60,319 bases of DNA, filler included, from Hausera hauseri (GCA_046269625.1; 11 parts of 11 records of this genome joined end to end with filler, not necessarily neighbours in it); one strand, 5' to 3'. Counted from the first letter of the whole stretch, positions 1-13,403 are shown. Notes: a model not told the origin generated them from the letters alone. Numbers and translations: made by a program.

Positions 1-327
1 ACTAACCTTTATACTTATAATTTCTGTAGTTGTCTGATAAAAGTTTTGTCCTAGTGACATTACTTACCAAAATCAAAGGTAAAGTTTTACGATAAAGGTT
101 TTGTTCCTAACTTAATTTTCAGTACTTTGAATTGGGTAGCCCCTATTGTAAGATTAGGTGTGTGAAATAAGTAAAATTTCTGGTTCTCAGGCTCTACCCT
201 TGTGATACTACCTGAAGACGGGTTGTTAAGTCGATTATTGGCGACTCACCAAGATCTCTGACCCTAAATAATTTTACGAATAACAGCAATATTCACCTAT
301 TTCGTGTTTCGAGCTCGCATCGCCTCC

Positions 328-646
328 CTGATACCAGTTGTACACAGATAAATTATTTCTCAATAACAAACTCGCAGATTTTTACTCGTATAGCCCCAGT
401 TTTGAAATCGAACTCACTATAAGGCTAAGACTAGCCCGACCTTCAACTGTTAAAGCAAATTGGAAACTAGCACTAATTTAACAAATATGTATAAAAATTT
501 GTCTAAAGCGTTCGGTAGCTTTTTAGATAAATTATAATGAAAAATTCTGGCTTTAAACAGAAATTATTAAAAATATTCAAATTTCTAAATTTAAATTTTC
601 TGTTGATTAAGTGAATTACCGCAGCTAAAATTTTGACGTTGTGACA
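328..646 (-). mobile_element. Putative 5' LTR (~339-646) plus tRNA-iMet primer-binding site (328-336) of an LTR retroelement
   Basis: The minus strand reads TGTCACA...GTGTACA-AC-TGGTATCAG, i.e. TG..CA ends followed by the start of the canonical Met PBS. The internal part runs off the contig start. Confidence 0.5.
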
Positions 647-1053
647 AACTTTCATTCAATTTGGTTTATCGAAGTTTTTGAGTGTTCCTTGTAAGTTTAT
701 TTCCATCGGATGACGAGTTTTTGGACGATGTAGCCCTTTTTCTTAATTTTAACCTTTATTTGATTGTGCAATAGTTCCACTATTATTATTTATTATTCAT
801 AAACGAAAATTTGATTCAATATTTGTAATTAATAAATTGTACTTATAACTTTTGACGAAATATGCGATAAAATGTCAAGTGATAGTTCGGATTTCGATTC
901 GACGATTTTGTCGAGCAAAAAATATATAAGTGAAGCTTGTCAATGAAACAATCAAAGTACAAGATTTTTGCACAATGTAACAATACGTCTCATTACATAT
1001 TTTACGGATATTATGGCATACTTGTTCCGAAATTGGAATCGAATTTGTACATT

Positions 1054-4000
1054 TCACATAAAATACCAAAGTAAAGACAGATTCACATTGATTTTTGCTG
1101 GCCATCCCAAAACCCAAAGAAGTATATTTAAGTTTTCAACAATGATATTAAAACAATAGAAACAAACCGATAAGTTTTTCAAACCACCTTCTGATAAACA
1201 ACGTCGTAAATCTCTCTTTAAATTGTCTGAAGCATTTTGCGATGATGTAATACAAAGACTAGCAATTCTCATTCTCGATTGGAAAATAATATCATCCGGA
1301 AAAAAGTTCAATCCGAATGGTGACTGATCAATACTACACCGTTGTTTATGAAAAGTGCAATACATGCCACCAATCTTTTCCAATTTGTATTTATCCGATT
1401 TACCGAAACTAATTTCCTCTAATTTTTCAATAAAAAGCGGTTTGGATTTTTCATAAGTCAAAAAGTCCAATTTGTGAGATCGCTTTTGAATTTGATGAAA
1501 CGTTTTCGGAAATTTCATGTTACTAGTTTCATCAATGTGCTTTTTAACGCCTTCAATAATCGTACTATCGATAACAGTCGTATACTTGAGACAATTAACC
1601 ACTTCATCAGCCAATGTCCAAACCAATTCGGATTTGCATTTTTGTAACAGTTGCGATTGGAAAACCGACATAATTCGTTTCGTTACGTCGGAATTGCACC
1701 GTTTTGAGCTCTCCTGAAAATCCGGATACAACGAAGGATTGTCAAGTTTTGTTTTCGGTTGCGAATTTTTCAGTTCTTCGTCGATGTATGTCAGTGGAAT
1801 CATGTCAAAATTAAAACGAAATTTTTGAAAATTAACTTCCGAGTCATTCAGTGGCAAAATATCATTCATAAAATCATGTATACACGTTGGGATATCCTTT
1901 AGAGTGAGATATTTTGTTTGATCGCCATATTTAACGGTATAATTAATGGATAGAAATAATGGTCTTTGGTCCTTTCCGATAGTTGTATTATCATAACTTG
2001 ACAGACTTTTAATATCACTATCCGACACGTTATCGGCTAATTCGTGACTATAGTCTAACGACCGTTGTCTAATCAAACCCTTAGCCGTTCCGTTGTCATC
2101 GAGTGAATAGAAACTGTTCATTTCACTCTCATCCTTTTCTTCTTCAATGCTATTCAATTGGTCTTCTTTTCCCGTTTCCGGACAGTAAAGTAAAATTTGC
2201 GGAAACGATGGTATTTCTTTGAAATATTTTGCCATTACCTGTCGAATGCGCTTAACGATTCGATTATGCATTCCGACTTTAATTTCACAACTATCTTTGT
2301 TAATGGCTACCAATGTCTGTTGTGAAACGCACGGATTGTTACGGAGAATATTGAAACAGTGACTGCAAATCGTCGTGACGAATTTCGTTGCATCGATATC
2401 ATTGTACGACAATTCACAGCAATATTCATCAAACGTATTCGCCAGATCACTGTGATCCATCGGTAAACTCTCGCGCAAATTTCGATGAACTCCACTAACG
2501 AACGTCAGTTGATAAATCGAATCCAATTTATGAATGATCTCGTTTAAAAGTTGAGTAATGCTTTCCATTTCAATGGAAAATTCACTCGTTCTTTCCGATT
2601 TATTTTGACTCCGTTCTTTCGACAATGAACTGTTGAGATTATTTTTGACCGGTAAGGTTACTTTCTTTCTATCCGGTAATTTCAGTGTCCATTTATCTTC
2701 AATTAACAATGACAAATGTTTCAACGACATTCCGTAAAGAAACAAATTCATCGGATTAATTTCCGACCGATGGTATTTAATTTCATTGATGTTATTCGGT
2801 ACCATCAGAACAACGAAACAGTCCTGTTTAATCATATAAAAACAACCCCAGGTTTTTGGCAAATCGGTAGCGATTTTCGAATGAACATTGGAGAGGAATT
2901 TATTGTAATTTCCGTTTTCCGTTTTCGTTATATCAATCAAATTGAATCCGTTCCGTTTCAAATGGACATCGAACAATTCCATAAACACCGAATTGATACC
3001 GAGGAAATTGTCGATGGCATCACTCCGATACAGATTGCAACAAATCTGGACTTCCGGCGATCGACTTAACACAGAACAAATGTTCGGTTTGGCCAAACCT
3101 TTTGCCAGTGTCATCGGGTAGATTTTGAAACATTCCAACGTTATAAACGTTTCGACGCACATCGAATCAACGTCGAATATGACGGAGGGAATTTCTTTAA
3201 TTGTCAAATCATCCCAATGGACAACTTCCGGTTCCGAGCCGACAACTTTACCGGCTTTGTTATCAATGAAAATTTCCGTGTAGATAATCCGTGACGATGT
3301 CGTACACGTGTAGTGATTGTCGGACAGAACGGTAACGTCATCCGGTACAGAAATGTTATCGCTGTCCTGTCTCGTTCGATGGTTGTCCGGATAAATCAGA
3401 TATTGAATAAAACACGGATAACAATGGTTTTCATTGTTGATCAATTTGATTTCTTTGATGAGGTTTATGAAATTTTTCGACGAGTCAGAAACCGCCAAAT
3501 GGAATCCTTCTTGCAAACGTATTTTCACCAGCGACTCGAATATGTACTTTATGTACGTTTCGTTGACAAACCACGTCGAACAGTCATAATGGCAATGGTT
3601 GTGCATAAACAACAACGACGGTGACATGGAATTCTGTCGATGTTGTTTCTTCAAACCGTAAACGGATTTAATCGGATTGTACGTCAACACCAAATTCTCC
3701 AAGTCAATACTCAACACCGTACAACAGTTGACCTGATCCCACGATCGCAACTGCGGCGGAACATGTTCCGATTTTTTCATCGACTGACTCGACATGTGCC
3801 GCGGTCGGGCTTGTTTGCCGCGTGGTGGAAATCGCTGATTCCGAATGGCTTTCACCAGTTCCGATACGAATTCGTCGCGAATCTTTTCCGGTGTTCCGAT
3901 GAACATGTTGACGTGTAACGATACTTCAAATTCGTCGACTAGCAATTGGATAACGGCAAAGTGATTCGGTGTGGCCAATTCCGTTTTGTCGGAATTCGTG

Positions 4001-4916
4001 GAGAAAAATTTCACGTACGTACTGTTTTCTTTGACGGTAAACGAACAGTAATTGCGGCAAATCAACGTGTTGAGCTGGACGAGACTTTCACGGCATTGGA
4101 TTTTATTCGTTACAGAATCAGATTGGTTGAGAAATTCCGGCAGTGGATAATCGTGTTCGAGTAGAATCATGAATTTCGTTTTGTACATACACGGTAAATA
4201 ATCCAAATCGACTGTCTGTTTCCAGTAGTCGAGAAACGATTTGAACGTTTTGTCGATCTTGTCAATTGTCTGATTGGTTTGCATCAACATCGGTGTCAGA
4301 CCGTTACTGATAATACTCGGAATGGAGCAATTGTTCTTGACGGTAAACTGCGAATACGTTTCCGTCATGTGGATATAATACCAAGTTTCTTCGATAACCG
4401 TAACGAATCCCTTGATGCTCTGATTCAATTGATTGATGAACTGATCGGAATTCTTTAGAATTTTAATTAACACCGTTTTCAAGTAATTTTGACAGAAAAA
4501 CGACCAAGTAAACGAACAGCGTTTCTGTTGTTCTAATGGTGTTTTAGACGTTATGGAAAATCGGAAAATAATGTCTTGTTTCCAGAATCGAATCAGTTCG
4601 ATTTCGATTCGGGAATCTTTGATCGCACTGACAGACGATATAAAATAGCCCATGTTTATTAACACGATTACGAGAATCGATGGGGAAATATTGATGGTTT
4701 TGTCGGAACTCAGAAAAATCTGTGAAAGACTACTGCAATCGGCATGACAACCCAAGACAATTCCGAAGATGTTTTTCTTCGTCGAAACATCTTTAATATT
4801 CGACATGAAAAATCCACCAGTTGATTTGGAAATGAAAATCAACTGTTCATCATTTCCGTTGTCGGTGATGTTTAAATATCGGTCAATCTCATTACATGAC
4901 TCCGTTTTGACATTGA
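1054..4916 (-). CDS. SZT2: SZT2 (KICSTOR subunit), large internal coding segment, partial
   Basis: 1262-aa uninterrupted ORF, also open upstream to the contig edge. Motifs YWKQ..LD..ILLEHDYPLP, IQCRES..L..SFTVKENSTYVKF, RLQEGFHLA..INLIKEI..CFIQYLIYP and ELVWTLADEVVNCL match recalled SZT2 blocks. The 3' boundary (~1050-1170) is uncertain. Confidence 0.88.
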
Positions 4917-5016
4917 NNNNNNNNNNNNNNNNNNNNNNNNNNNNNNNNNNNNNNNNNNNNTTAATTAATTAANNNNNNNNNNNNNNNNNNNNNNNNNNNN
5001 NNNNNNNNNNNNNNNN
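4917..5016. other. Artificial contig linker (first of 10)
   Basis: Identical N44-TTAATTAATTAA-N44 blocks (stops in all six frames) at 4917-5016, 9143-9242, 14868-14967, 23316-23415, 30350-30449, 34959-35058, 39152-39251, 43461-43560, 47772-47871 and 52309-52408. They define 11 independent contigs. Confidence 0.98.
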
Positions 5017-6178
5017 TCCAGTGTGGTAAGCCACTTTGCTCCTGATAATCTGTCTAGAGCTTCTTTTACTGATGGTAGTGGAAATGAGTCCTTCATCATA
5101 AGCGTGTTTATGGCTCTATAATCTATACAAAATCGATGTTTTGTGGTACCCTTTTTCTTGACCATGAGAATTGGCGAATACCAGTATCGATAGCTCGGTC
5201 GTATTATGTCAACTTTCAGCATACGTTCTATCTCTTTTGTTATTTCGGGTCTTAATGAATGGGGCGGTGGATACCATTTAAGCATCTTTTGCTCTTCTAA
5301 ATAAATTTCGTCATTGGAGCCAGGTTTCTTTTTTAGTGGAATGGTTAGTCTTAAAGTTTTTTCTCTACCTATGTGTTCTTCACTTTGGGCAATAATCGAC
5401 TTATATTTGCATAGTAATTCATAAAATTGACAATATGCTTCTGGTGAAAATTTAGTTTCAACATGAGGCGAAATTCGGCATATTTGTATGGTTTTTCTTC
5501 AGTTGTTATTGCAGATACTTTATAAGTATGACCCAATGTAGTATTGGAGTACAACTTTATGGGAGTTGGTGCATTATTTACTAATCTGATTGGTACCCTT
5601 CCTGTCGTTACTCTTGTCAGAATATTACTAAGTATGATATTTGGATTAACGTCTTTTTGTGGCTCAAAATATATTGGTTGGTCGTCCTCTTCGCGGATTT
5701 GAGCATAAGTTAGCATTTCCGTTCTGGGCGGAATACTTTCGTCGACGGGGATCCATACTTCTTCTTGCTTCCTTTCTTTCATTGTTTTAGTACCTTTCAC
5801 TGGCCCGAGTTCTAATAGTTTTCCGGTCTGTAAATTTATTGCGATATTGGGTAATTGCTTTAGTATATCACAACCTAACACTACATCATCAATTAATTGA
5901 TCCAATATGGCAAACTCGTGTCGAATGATTTGACCCATTAATTGAACTAGGGGACTCCACTTAAATTTCTGTTTGGATTCTTGCCCGAAGGCTTATACGC
6001 TACCTGGGTCTGATAATGATGCTGGCTGCAGTTGTTTTCGAAGTGTCGGCGGTATTGATTCTAATTTGATAATTGATTTCTCTGATCCGGTGTTTATTAA
6101 GGCATAGACTTCCCAGTCTTCAATGGTAACTTTTGTGAAGGGTCTTCCTTCCATATCTGACCCGTAACAACTAGACAT
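5017..6178 (-). pseudogene. pol: Gypsy pol fragment: protease, spacer and RT start
   Basis: Protease with D>N at the DTG triad and the VVLGCDIL motif, followed by RT motifs. Confidence 0.88.
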
Positions 6179-6799
6179 GTCCTTTGGTCGTTTAATTGAA
6201 GAAATCCTATGTCCGTTTATTGTTATCTCTGGTAATGAAATAATATTTTCGGTCAGCTGTTTTAGTTATTCGTTAGGGTACATGTCGTTAATTGCCATAT
6301 TGTTCGCATTTTTTCTAATTAATGGTTCTTGTACTATTGGATTTTGGAACGATTTCATTCCTAAAGTTCCCCAAAATGTTAATTTTGTCTCTATATTTCG
6401 AGCTATTCTCGGTGAGTACAGTATCCCATGGTCATCCTCCGCTCGTCGTTGATTAGTGATTTGCATTTTCTTTAGTACTCCGTATTGTTTTGTTCCTTCA
6501 TAAGGATCTTTATAGCTGGAAGGTTTTTGACAGAATGCCGATCTATATGATACCATGGATGTTTTGTCACAATCCTCGTATATCGGAGCCGTTGGCGACA
6601 TGATAGGTAAGGGTGCTCTAACTACTGAATACATTCTATGTTTATTTTGTCTAAGGATTGCTTCTCCTCCCTTAGGATCGTCATCATCAGAGATATTTCT
6701 TCGTGTCATTGCCTTCTTAGCCCTGTGTTTTAATCAAAATATGGGTCTTGCTCGTTGTTTATAATTACAGTAACCGACATGGCGTTCAACGTCATTTTT

Positions 6800-9142
6800 T
6801 CATCCATTTTCTTCATAGGCCTTAAGCATTTTGCCGAAGGGTGTGATAATTGCAGTTAAGATCTTACAGGAAAATCCTGTTAGCGTGAATATTTCGTACT
6901 CATTTATAACCGCTTGAATTACCGCCTTTACTAGTTGTACCATGAAATAGATTGCTAAAAATCCAAATGCCGCTTGTCCAAAAATTAAAAATCTTCCCCA
7001 TATTTTGTAAAGTATTTCTGTGGTTACTCGCTGGTAATGGTTCGCATCAAGTAAGGATTCCTATTTCGCCTGGTATCGAGTATCATCTACTACGGATGCC
7101 ATAGATCGACTTAATTCGTGTGTTCGCTGTCGTAAAAAAGCGAGAAATTGTCGAAAAGCTTCGATCTCTTTTGGTCTGTAAATGCCCTTTTGAGGTGTAT
7201 CCTGGAATTTATTGTCGGTAATTCCTTTTGCTAAATTAGTTTTAGCTAGTTTTTTAGGAATGGTAGTGACGCCTCCATTAGGTAGGCTAACCCAATCTAT
7301 TTCACTACGCCTAAACATCGGTTCACCCAAACTTGCCTTACAATCCTTTAGAATGGTTGGTTGTGTTGCATTATCGAGAAACACTCTAGTGAGAGGCATA
7401 GCTAAGCGCGGGGTATTCTGATAGATCACAGGAAGTTCTTATATGCATCGTTTTTCCTCGACGTTAATTTGTACGTCTCTTTTCTCGCATTTATATGTCA
7501 GTAGAATTTCACTCTTAACTTGACCAAAAATTTCTTCTCTCATGGGAATAATTGGTGAGGCTAATTCCGGGTTCGCATAAATAAGAGATAATTTTGTCCT
7601 CATAATTTCCGTATCTAATTTGCAGTAATAAGTTATCATTTTGTGGTATAGTTCGGCTATTCCAACCTGTCCCTTGTAATAGAAGTAGTCGTCTCTGTTT
7701 TTCAGATAATCCTCTATCCGGATGTCTTGTGTTTCTAGGTTGTATGTTTTAGCGTTTATCTCGGTTTCTGCGACGAAGTACGCTTCGTAATTAGTGGTGA
7801 ACATTACTACTTCACATTTTGAAATCATTTCATTTTTATAAATTTTAATCCATACTAATTAAAGATTAATATCGTAAGTGTGTGATGCTCTGATACATCT
7901 TCACGTGCTCTTGAACTGATGTCGGATTTGTCTACGTATCGTTTCCCGGTAGTTTCTTTAAATTGTAGTTCTTTGGTCTTAATAAAATTACATGCTTTTC
8001 CCGTGGGCGTTTCCCATATGACGACAGAGCTTCTGAAAACACAAGTTCCGTCTTGCATGTGACATTTTTGATTCTCAGTATATAACTTGGTTACGCTATG
8101 GAACATCACGTTTTGAACTCGCATTTCTAATTCGCAAAAGTCTACTACCACTACGTTTGCTTCCAGTCCTTTTCCGGTATCGTATTCCGTTCCACTACAG
8201 TGCCCGTTATGCATATCTTGCCTTTCGGCTACTATCTTATACGCTCTGATTATTTTTCCAGGCTGCATTTCTAATTCCATGCTATCCCATTTCAGTCTTC
8301 CAGTTTCTTGGGCTTGTTTGCAGTGTTGTCTTTCCAAATTCATTGGAATTGGAGGGGTTGTTGGCTTAATTATCGAGGAGTGCCCGTGAATTAGCCCACA
8401 GTGAAATATACTACGAGATCGTCTTAGCATACATCTCATGCCATCCAGAGATATCAATTTTTTTAGTTGATATAAAAAATATCTCTTCTCTTTTGTCTCT
8501 AATTTGTGGGGTCTGGCATCTTCGCAGGCTTCTAAATCTATTAGTGAGTATTTTTGTCCAAGTTTAAAATTATTGCAATCGTAGACGGTAACAGCGCCCA
8601 TCTGTTTTATCAACACCATTATGGTGGGTAAACTGATTAACCAATTAGATTCGTTCTTTCGGTTGTTGTTATCCGTTGTCGTCAAGTTTCGTATGATGTC
8701 GACGAGTCCATTATTGCTATTCCTCTTGTCTTCTTCCTTGTCAAGCAATTTTGGCCAGTTTACTTCGCATGGACACTTTCTAGCTACTTTCCGTGCCGAA
8801 CTTCTAGCTCGGTTTAATTTATTTTCTCGATTCGGGTTTATCTTAATTGCCAAGTACAATAATACTTTTCTCAACTCTTCTATTGTATTTTCCACCATAA
8901 TCTTCTCGATTACTGCATCGTCAGTTAGGTTCCTTTTCGACAGTTTGAAATGTAAACTTCTCATTATTCTTGCTGCATTCAATATTGCCCTCTCTTTGTC
9001 ATCTAATGTATCTCCTCGGAGACTCGAATAATTTACGATACGTATAAAATTTTTCATTAACTCTCTTAATTCTTCATTATCTGTATTAAAAGTAGGAATC
9101 GACATTTGTCTCAGTTCTCTAATTAATTCTCCATTATAGTCA
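6800..9142 (-). pseudogene. Class III fusion glycoprotein (chuvirus G / herpes gB-like) envelope
   Basis: Hydrophobic signal then VYDC..YSLIDLEAC, C..RRSRSIFHCG..HSS, LYHKMITYYC....RTKLSL..ANP, EILLTYKCEKRDVQI..C..ELPVIYQN..P.TRV, and TM region IWGRFLIFGQAAFGFLAIYFMVQLVKAVIQAVINEY. These follow the chuvirus-type glycoprotein pattern in order. One frameshift (~7850) and several stops. Confidence 0.8.
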
Positions 9143-9242
9143 NNNNNNNNNNNNNNNNNNNNNNNNNNNNNNNNNNNNNNNNNNNNTTAATTAATTAANN
9201 NNNNNNNNNNNNNNNNNNNNNNNNNNNNNNNNNNNNNNNNNN

Positions 9243-11330
9243 AATTTTGTGTAAGATAGTGGTATTAAAAATAGTGTTCGAAGAGGTAAGTTTATCTAAT
9301 GAATGTACCGAACCAACGCAATCATAGTTGTGAGAATCAAATCTCGATTGAATATTGATATTATCATTGAAAATTTTAAGGAATGAAAAGAGTTTGTTGA
9401 CGAAGTTTGAATTACTTACAGGATTTTTGAGTATAGTTGTCCGTGGAAAAATCGTTTGTGCCTTATGGGAGATACTATTTATTCGTGCAGTAGGATGTCC
9501 AGTAGTGTTACGTTTCAGACATTGTTGTTTACAGTCAGTTAAAAGATTGCAGTGCAATAAGAAATCCGAACCTAGGATTGCTGTGCGGACGTTAGCGACG
9601 GTAAATGTCCAATGAAACGTGGCGTGAAAGTTTGGCAAGGTGAACGACAATTTAGATGTACTCGAAATGTCTAGCGATTCTCCTGAAGCCGCAAATAACG
9701 ATTTAGCTTTGAATGGTGAACTTTGTACAGGGAAAGTGAGTGGTAACAAAGAAACCGTAGCGCCTGTATTGATAAGGAAATCTATGGATTGAGTGGTTGG
9801 TGTGGTTATCGAAGCCTTTAGTGTAAAAACTGCAAAAGAAGAGTGTCGGCAGGTAGTTTTAGAGAAGTTGCCTTTGCCAGAATCTGCTGTGAGTACTGGC
9901 TGAAAAATTAGTTTTTTGAAAAAGGAGAAACAGAGCGACTGTTAGAATGGAGGTTTAAGTTTTCGTCATTTGCATAATGAGATTTATTTTTTAAAGTGCA
10001 ACTAGGAATGCATCTGCGTGCGTTATGTCGGAATTTTAATGATATATGCAAATGGCGTTATCTGTATGATATCTTTGATTATAAAATTTGCACCCTAGGT
10101 GGCATTTCTGTGCATTAATATCAAACTTACTGTGGTAATAGCAGATCAGTGATCGTCCAGGTGAAGTTGAACGACCACGACATATTGAACGGATACGGTC
10201 ACGTATGAAACATTCCCTCCGACGAGTCACTGAAATCTCGTTTAGTTTGTTGTTAATATTAATTATTGTTGTTTGTAGGGCCGCATTTTCGGCTCGTAGT
10301 TGATCTAACTGCTGTTTGAATGTGGCATTATTGGTAGTAATGGCTGCAAAAATGACTGATTGGGTTTGCACATTCAAAACCTCGTAAATTTTGTCTGCCC
10401 GTTCGGCCAATTTATCAAGCGTCGTCGATTCTTCGACGACAGTAAGTAAGGCCCTATTTTGTATGAACAATGCGTTCAGAAACTAGCGTTGCAAAAGACC
10501 GGCGTTATGTTGTTTAGTCACGCCAAGTGTTTGAAGTTGAACGAGTGACGTTATGAGGAAATATGATGGTTTTTGCGTCCCCATAGCATTGTCGTTGAAG
10601 AAACGATGAATTATTGAGTCCATAGATGGTTCAGTAAGCTTTAAAACAGCGTAGTAAAGATGGGTATATAGATCAGGTTGCTGGAAGATGTCTAGCAAAT
10701 TAAGAATGGATGTTTTTACAGTTGTCGGTAAAAGACAAAGTAGGTTATGAGCTTTTGTTAGTGGATCAGTGATGTTGTTAGACTGCAGCTAAAGTTTGTA
10801 AAAGCTAAGCCAGGTTTTGTTGGATTTTTCATGATCAATAAAATACTGCATACACTAAGAAAAAGTGTTTGACTGACGGGGTGGAAAATGTATAGCCGGG
10901 GAAAGTAGATTGCATGGTGACGGTCGACGATTTTTGGTTAAAAGCAAAATGTGATGTTTTAGAAGTTTATTTGTCAGTGGTGTTAATGGTGGGCGAGGAG
11001 TCCATTCCACCACGTATGCGAGTGTGTACGTGAATGACGATACAATGTGTTGAAGGAACAGAAAGATTACAATGGTTGACATTAGTTACGGGTAGGTTGT
11101 TGTATGTAAGATAAAAGTCAGAGATGTTGGCGACGTGTAATGCATAATTGTGTAAGTAGGATGCGTCTATGAAATGTGTTATTATGTGTGTGAGTAAACG
11201 GCAATTATTGAGAAAGAATAAAAAGGAAAGTGTCGGTGTAAGCCCAAGTGGTTGGTGTGGTGACGGAACACACCATGGTGCGGGACTCAAAGGCATTGGA
11301 CGGACATGTGGGTGGTCGGTCACGCTGTGA
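9243..11330 (-). mobile_element. UBL-Gag Gypsy (CsRN1 clade) copy 1: UBL-gag-protease, decayed
   Basis: Gag motifs (MGTQKPSYFL, RALLTVVEESTTLDKLAERADKIYEV), tandem CHCC knuckles (CYYHSKF..AQKC..GC), A-AAA-AAC slip site at 9917-9911, protease FLINTGA..ILGSDFLLH. Homologous to 40740-43460 and 55897-59070. Confidence 0.9.
11006..11230 (-). other. Ubiquitin-like domain in frame with Gag (copy 1)
   Basis: LSFLFFLNN...DFYLTYNN...IHVHTRIRGG immediately followed by M. Confidence 0.7.
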
Positions 11331-11579
11331 TTTACTTAGGATTTAAGATTATTGATGCTTACGCATGGACAAAAATTGGAACTATCGGGGTAAATGTGCT
11401 GTAAACAGCAACTGCAACGATTGGCAGTATCGTTTTGCACTGTGGGCTCTGCAGATCGACTTTCTCACTTTGTGTCTTCCTACGAGAGATCTGCGTACTC
11501 AAAGACTCTCTGTATTTTGTTTTCGAAACACTCGATATATTCGTAATTGTCGTAAATGTATTAAGTCAGTGATCTTGTT

Positions 11580-12110
11580 CGAAAACAAATCTTTGAAGTA
11601 GGAATCGATGATTGTGATAGCGTTGTTGAAGATATGTTTTTTGAGCGTGTAGTTTCTTTTCAATGGGGAACAGAACTAGGCCTTGCAGAAGGGCGTATAG
11701 TAGATAACAAACTTGGTTTTGTAGTTATCATGGTACTAATGGGCGACATGGGTACCAATGATGTTGAAATGACAATGGGACTGATTGTAATAGATAATGG
11801 ATTTGTACTGAAATTAACGTCTTTAGATGATTCAGTTAGATGCGTCGTATTTGATGGACGGGAGTGTCTAGTGTTATGCACAGTAGCCCATTTCGAGTAA
11901 TTTGATGCGGTAGCAAACGAAGACAAATTACTCACATGAAGAGGAGTAGTAAAATTACCACTAGATGCCACTTTTGTAGAATAAATCGCTGTAATATTAC
12001 GTATAGTCGTTTTATTTGATTTAAATGTTATAGATTCAGATGCCTTTTTCGAAGATATCAGAATATTAAAGTTGGTCGATTTTGAAGGCTCAGTTGAAAG
12101 TATTGCATTT
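11580..12110 (-). other. Ser/Thr-rich low-complexity coding segment fused in frame to the ZW10 fragment
   Basis: ORF 11660-12346 leaves ZW10 similarity after ..LFIKSL and continues as S/T-rich sequence, which carries on past the stop. Confidence 0.5.
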
Positions 12111-13385
12111 AAGGACTTGATAAATAGAGAGAATAAAGCGTTTAACAAATTCCCGAGAAACCGATTATAAACTCGTTGAGGCAGAACATCGTAAACTTTA
12201 GACAACAACAAAATATTCAAAGTGCTCTGTTTTAATGACTGGTGGAACTTTTCACGTTTTAACGATCCGATATTAGAGAAATCGGAAATATTTTCGAAAC
12301 AAACACTTAACTCATCGATCTGTTGTTGGACTTCTTCAGACAACACTTGGATTGTCGCCTAACGGAACTTATAGACAATTGCCATTAAGTTAAGTGTAGC
12401 GGGTTTAAGGAGACATTCATCGACTGCCTCAAAATTATGATTTCGTTTAAGAATCTTACCGACGTGGACTTTTACATAGGTTGTTCCAAAAAGGCAACGA
12501 TGGGCGATATACATATAGTTATTGTAATGTAAGGCTGCAGCAAGATGTAAATCACGTAAAGCATCTTTGTTCCTCTCTAGTACAACATTTAAATACATAT
12601 CAAATATATCAAATGTGAAAATTCAATCATTTCAAGTATGATCTCTTTATCGTTTTTAACAGAAATTAACTCATAATCACCAAATTTACATTTGATATTA
12701 TCCATCAAATCAATAACTAATTTACTGACCTTGCACGTCGGAAATTGCAATTTGTAAAGATCAATATATTTGGGCAATTCATCACTGTCAGTGAGATTCT
12801 CAACGATTTCCTTTTTAGAGAAATTACCACTGAATGGATCACGATCAACTGTTTTAAATCCAGAATGGATTTGTAACAAAAATCTCGTACCGTCAACAAA
12901 AACGTGTGCTTGATCATCTTACGATTATCGGCATTAAAGTTCTATATGAATTCCTCCAGATTCTGACTGGTCTTTTGTATAAAATGATATTCCTGTAAAA
13001 ATTCGCTGAATTCTCCAATTGTCAATAACAAACTGTGATACAAATAACCGGATGAATTCAATATCAAACTATCGGTGAGTTTCGCGTCGAAATGTTTCAA
13101 AGATTAAACGTCAATTAGCGATTCACCGAATTCTGTTACGGTAAAATTCAACAGGCCACTGTGAAGAGCTTTGAGAGCAATTCTCAATAAATCCAGTAAA
13201 CAGTCCTTTATTTCCCATTTCCAATTGCTGTCATCGGGCAAATTAACAGCGGCAATCATGAATACCATACAGCGTTTTATCATTTGCATGGACAATATAT
13301 AGTCTTTAACATTTTCGATGGTCAAATTTTAGAAAATCGTTCGCGAAAAGCTCCAGCAATTGTTCAACGTGGTGATTCAATTTCA
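12110..13385 (-). pseudogene. ZW10: ZW10 (RZZ/NRZ complex) fragment, intronless, with stops and frameshifts
   Basis: LQFPTCKVSKLVIDLM, AAALHYNNYMYIAH, FR*ATIQVLSEEVQQQIDEL, DVLPQRVYNRFLGNLLN and EFSEFLQEYHFI match the central and C-terminal part of ZW10. In-frame TAG at 12361-12359. Confidence 0.85.
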
Positions 13386-13403
13386 ATTTGAACATAGCTA
13401 TAA

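Larger units (their letters stand above)
5017..9142 (-). mobile_element. Degenerate Ty3/Gypsy element with order env(gB-like)-linker-protease-RT
   Basis: Env-like glycoprotein (9142-6800), aspartic protease (ALINTGSEKSII, 6178-5993), spacer, then RT N-terminus (WYSPILMVKKK..RFCIDYRAIN..KDSFPLP, 5285-5017). All on the minus strand. Confidence 0.85.

Noticed and set aside
2716-4164. Plus-strand ORFs opposite SZT2, and similar antisense ORFs over STAG, pPolB and env
   Set aside because: They are shadow ORFs of coding strands with no independent motifs.
4961-4972. Recurrent TTAATTAATTAA as a biological repeat
   Set aside because: It is always centred in exactly 44+44 Ns, so it is an assembly linker.
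13300-13325. TIENVK matching ubiquitin residues 22-27
   Set aside because: It lies within the ZW10-like frame with no other ubiquitin similarity, so it is a chance match.
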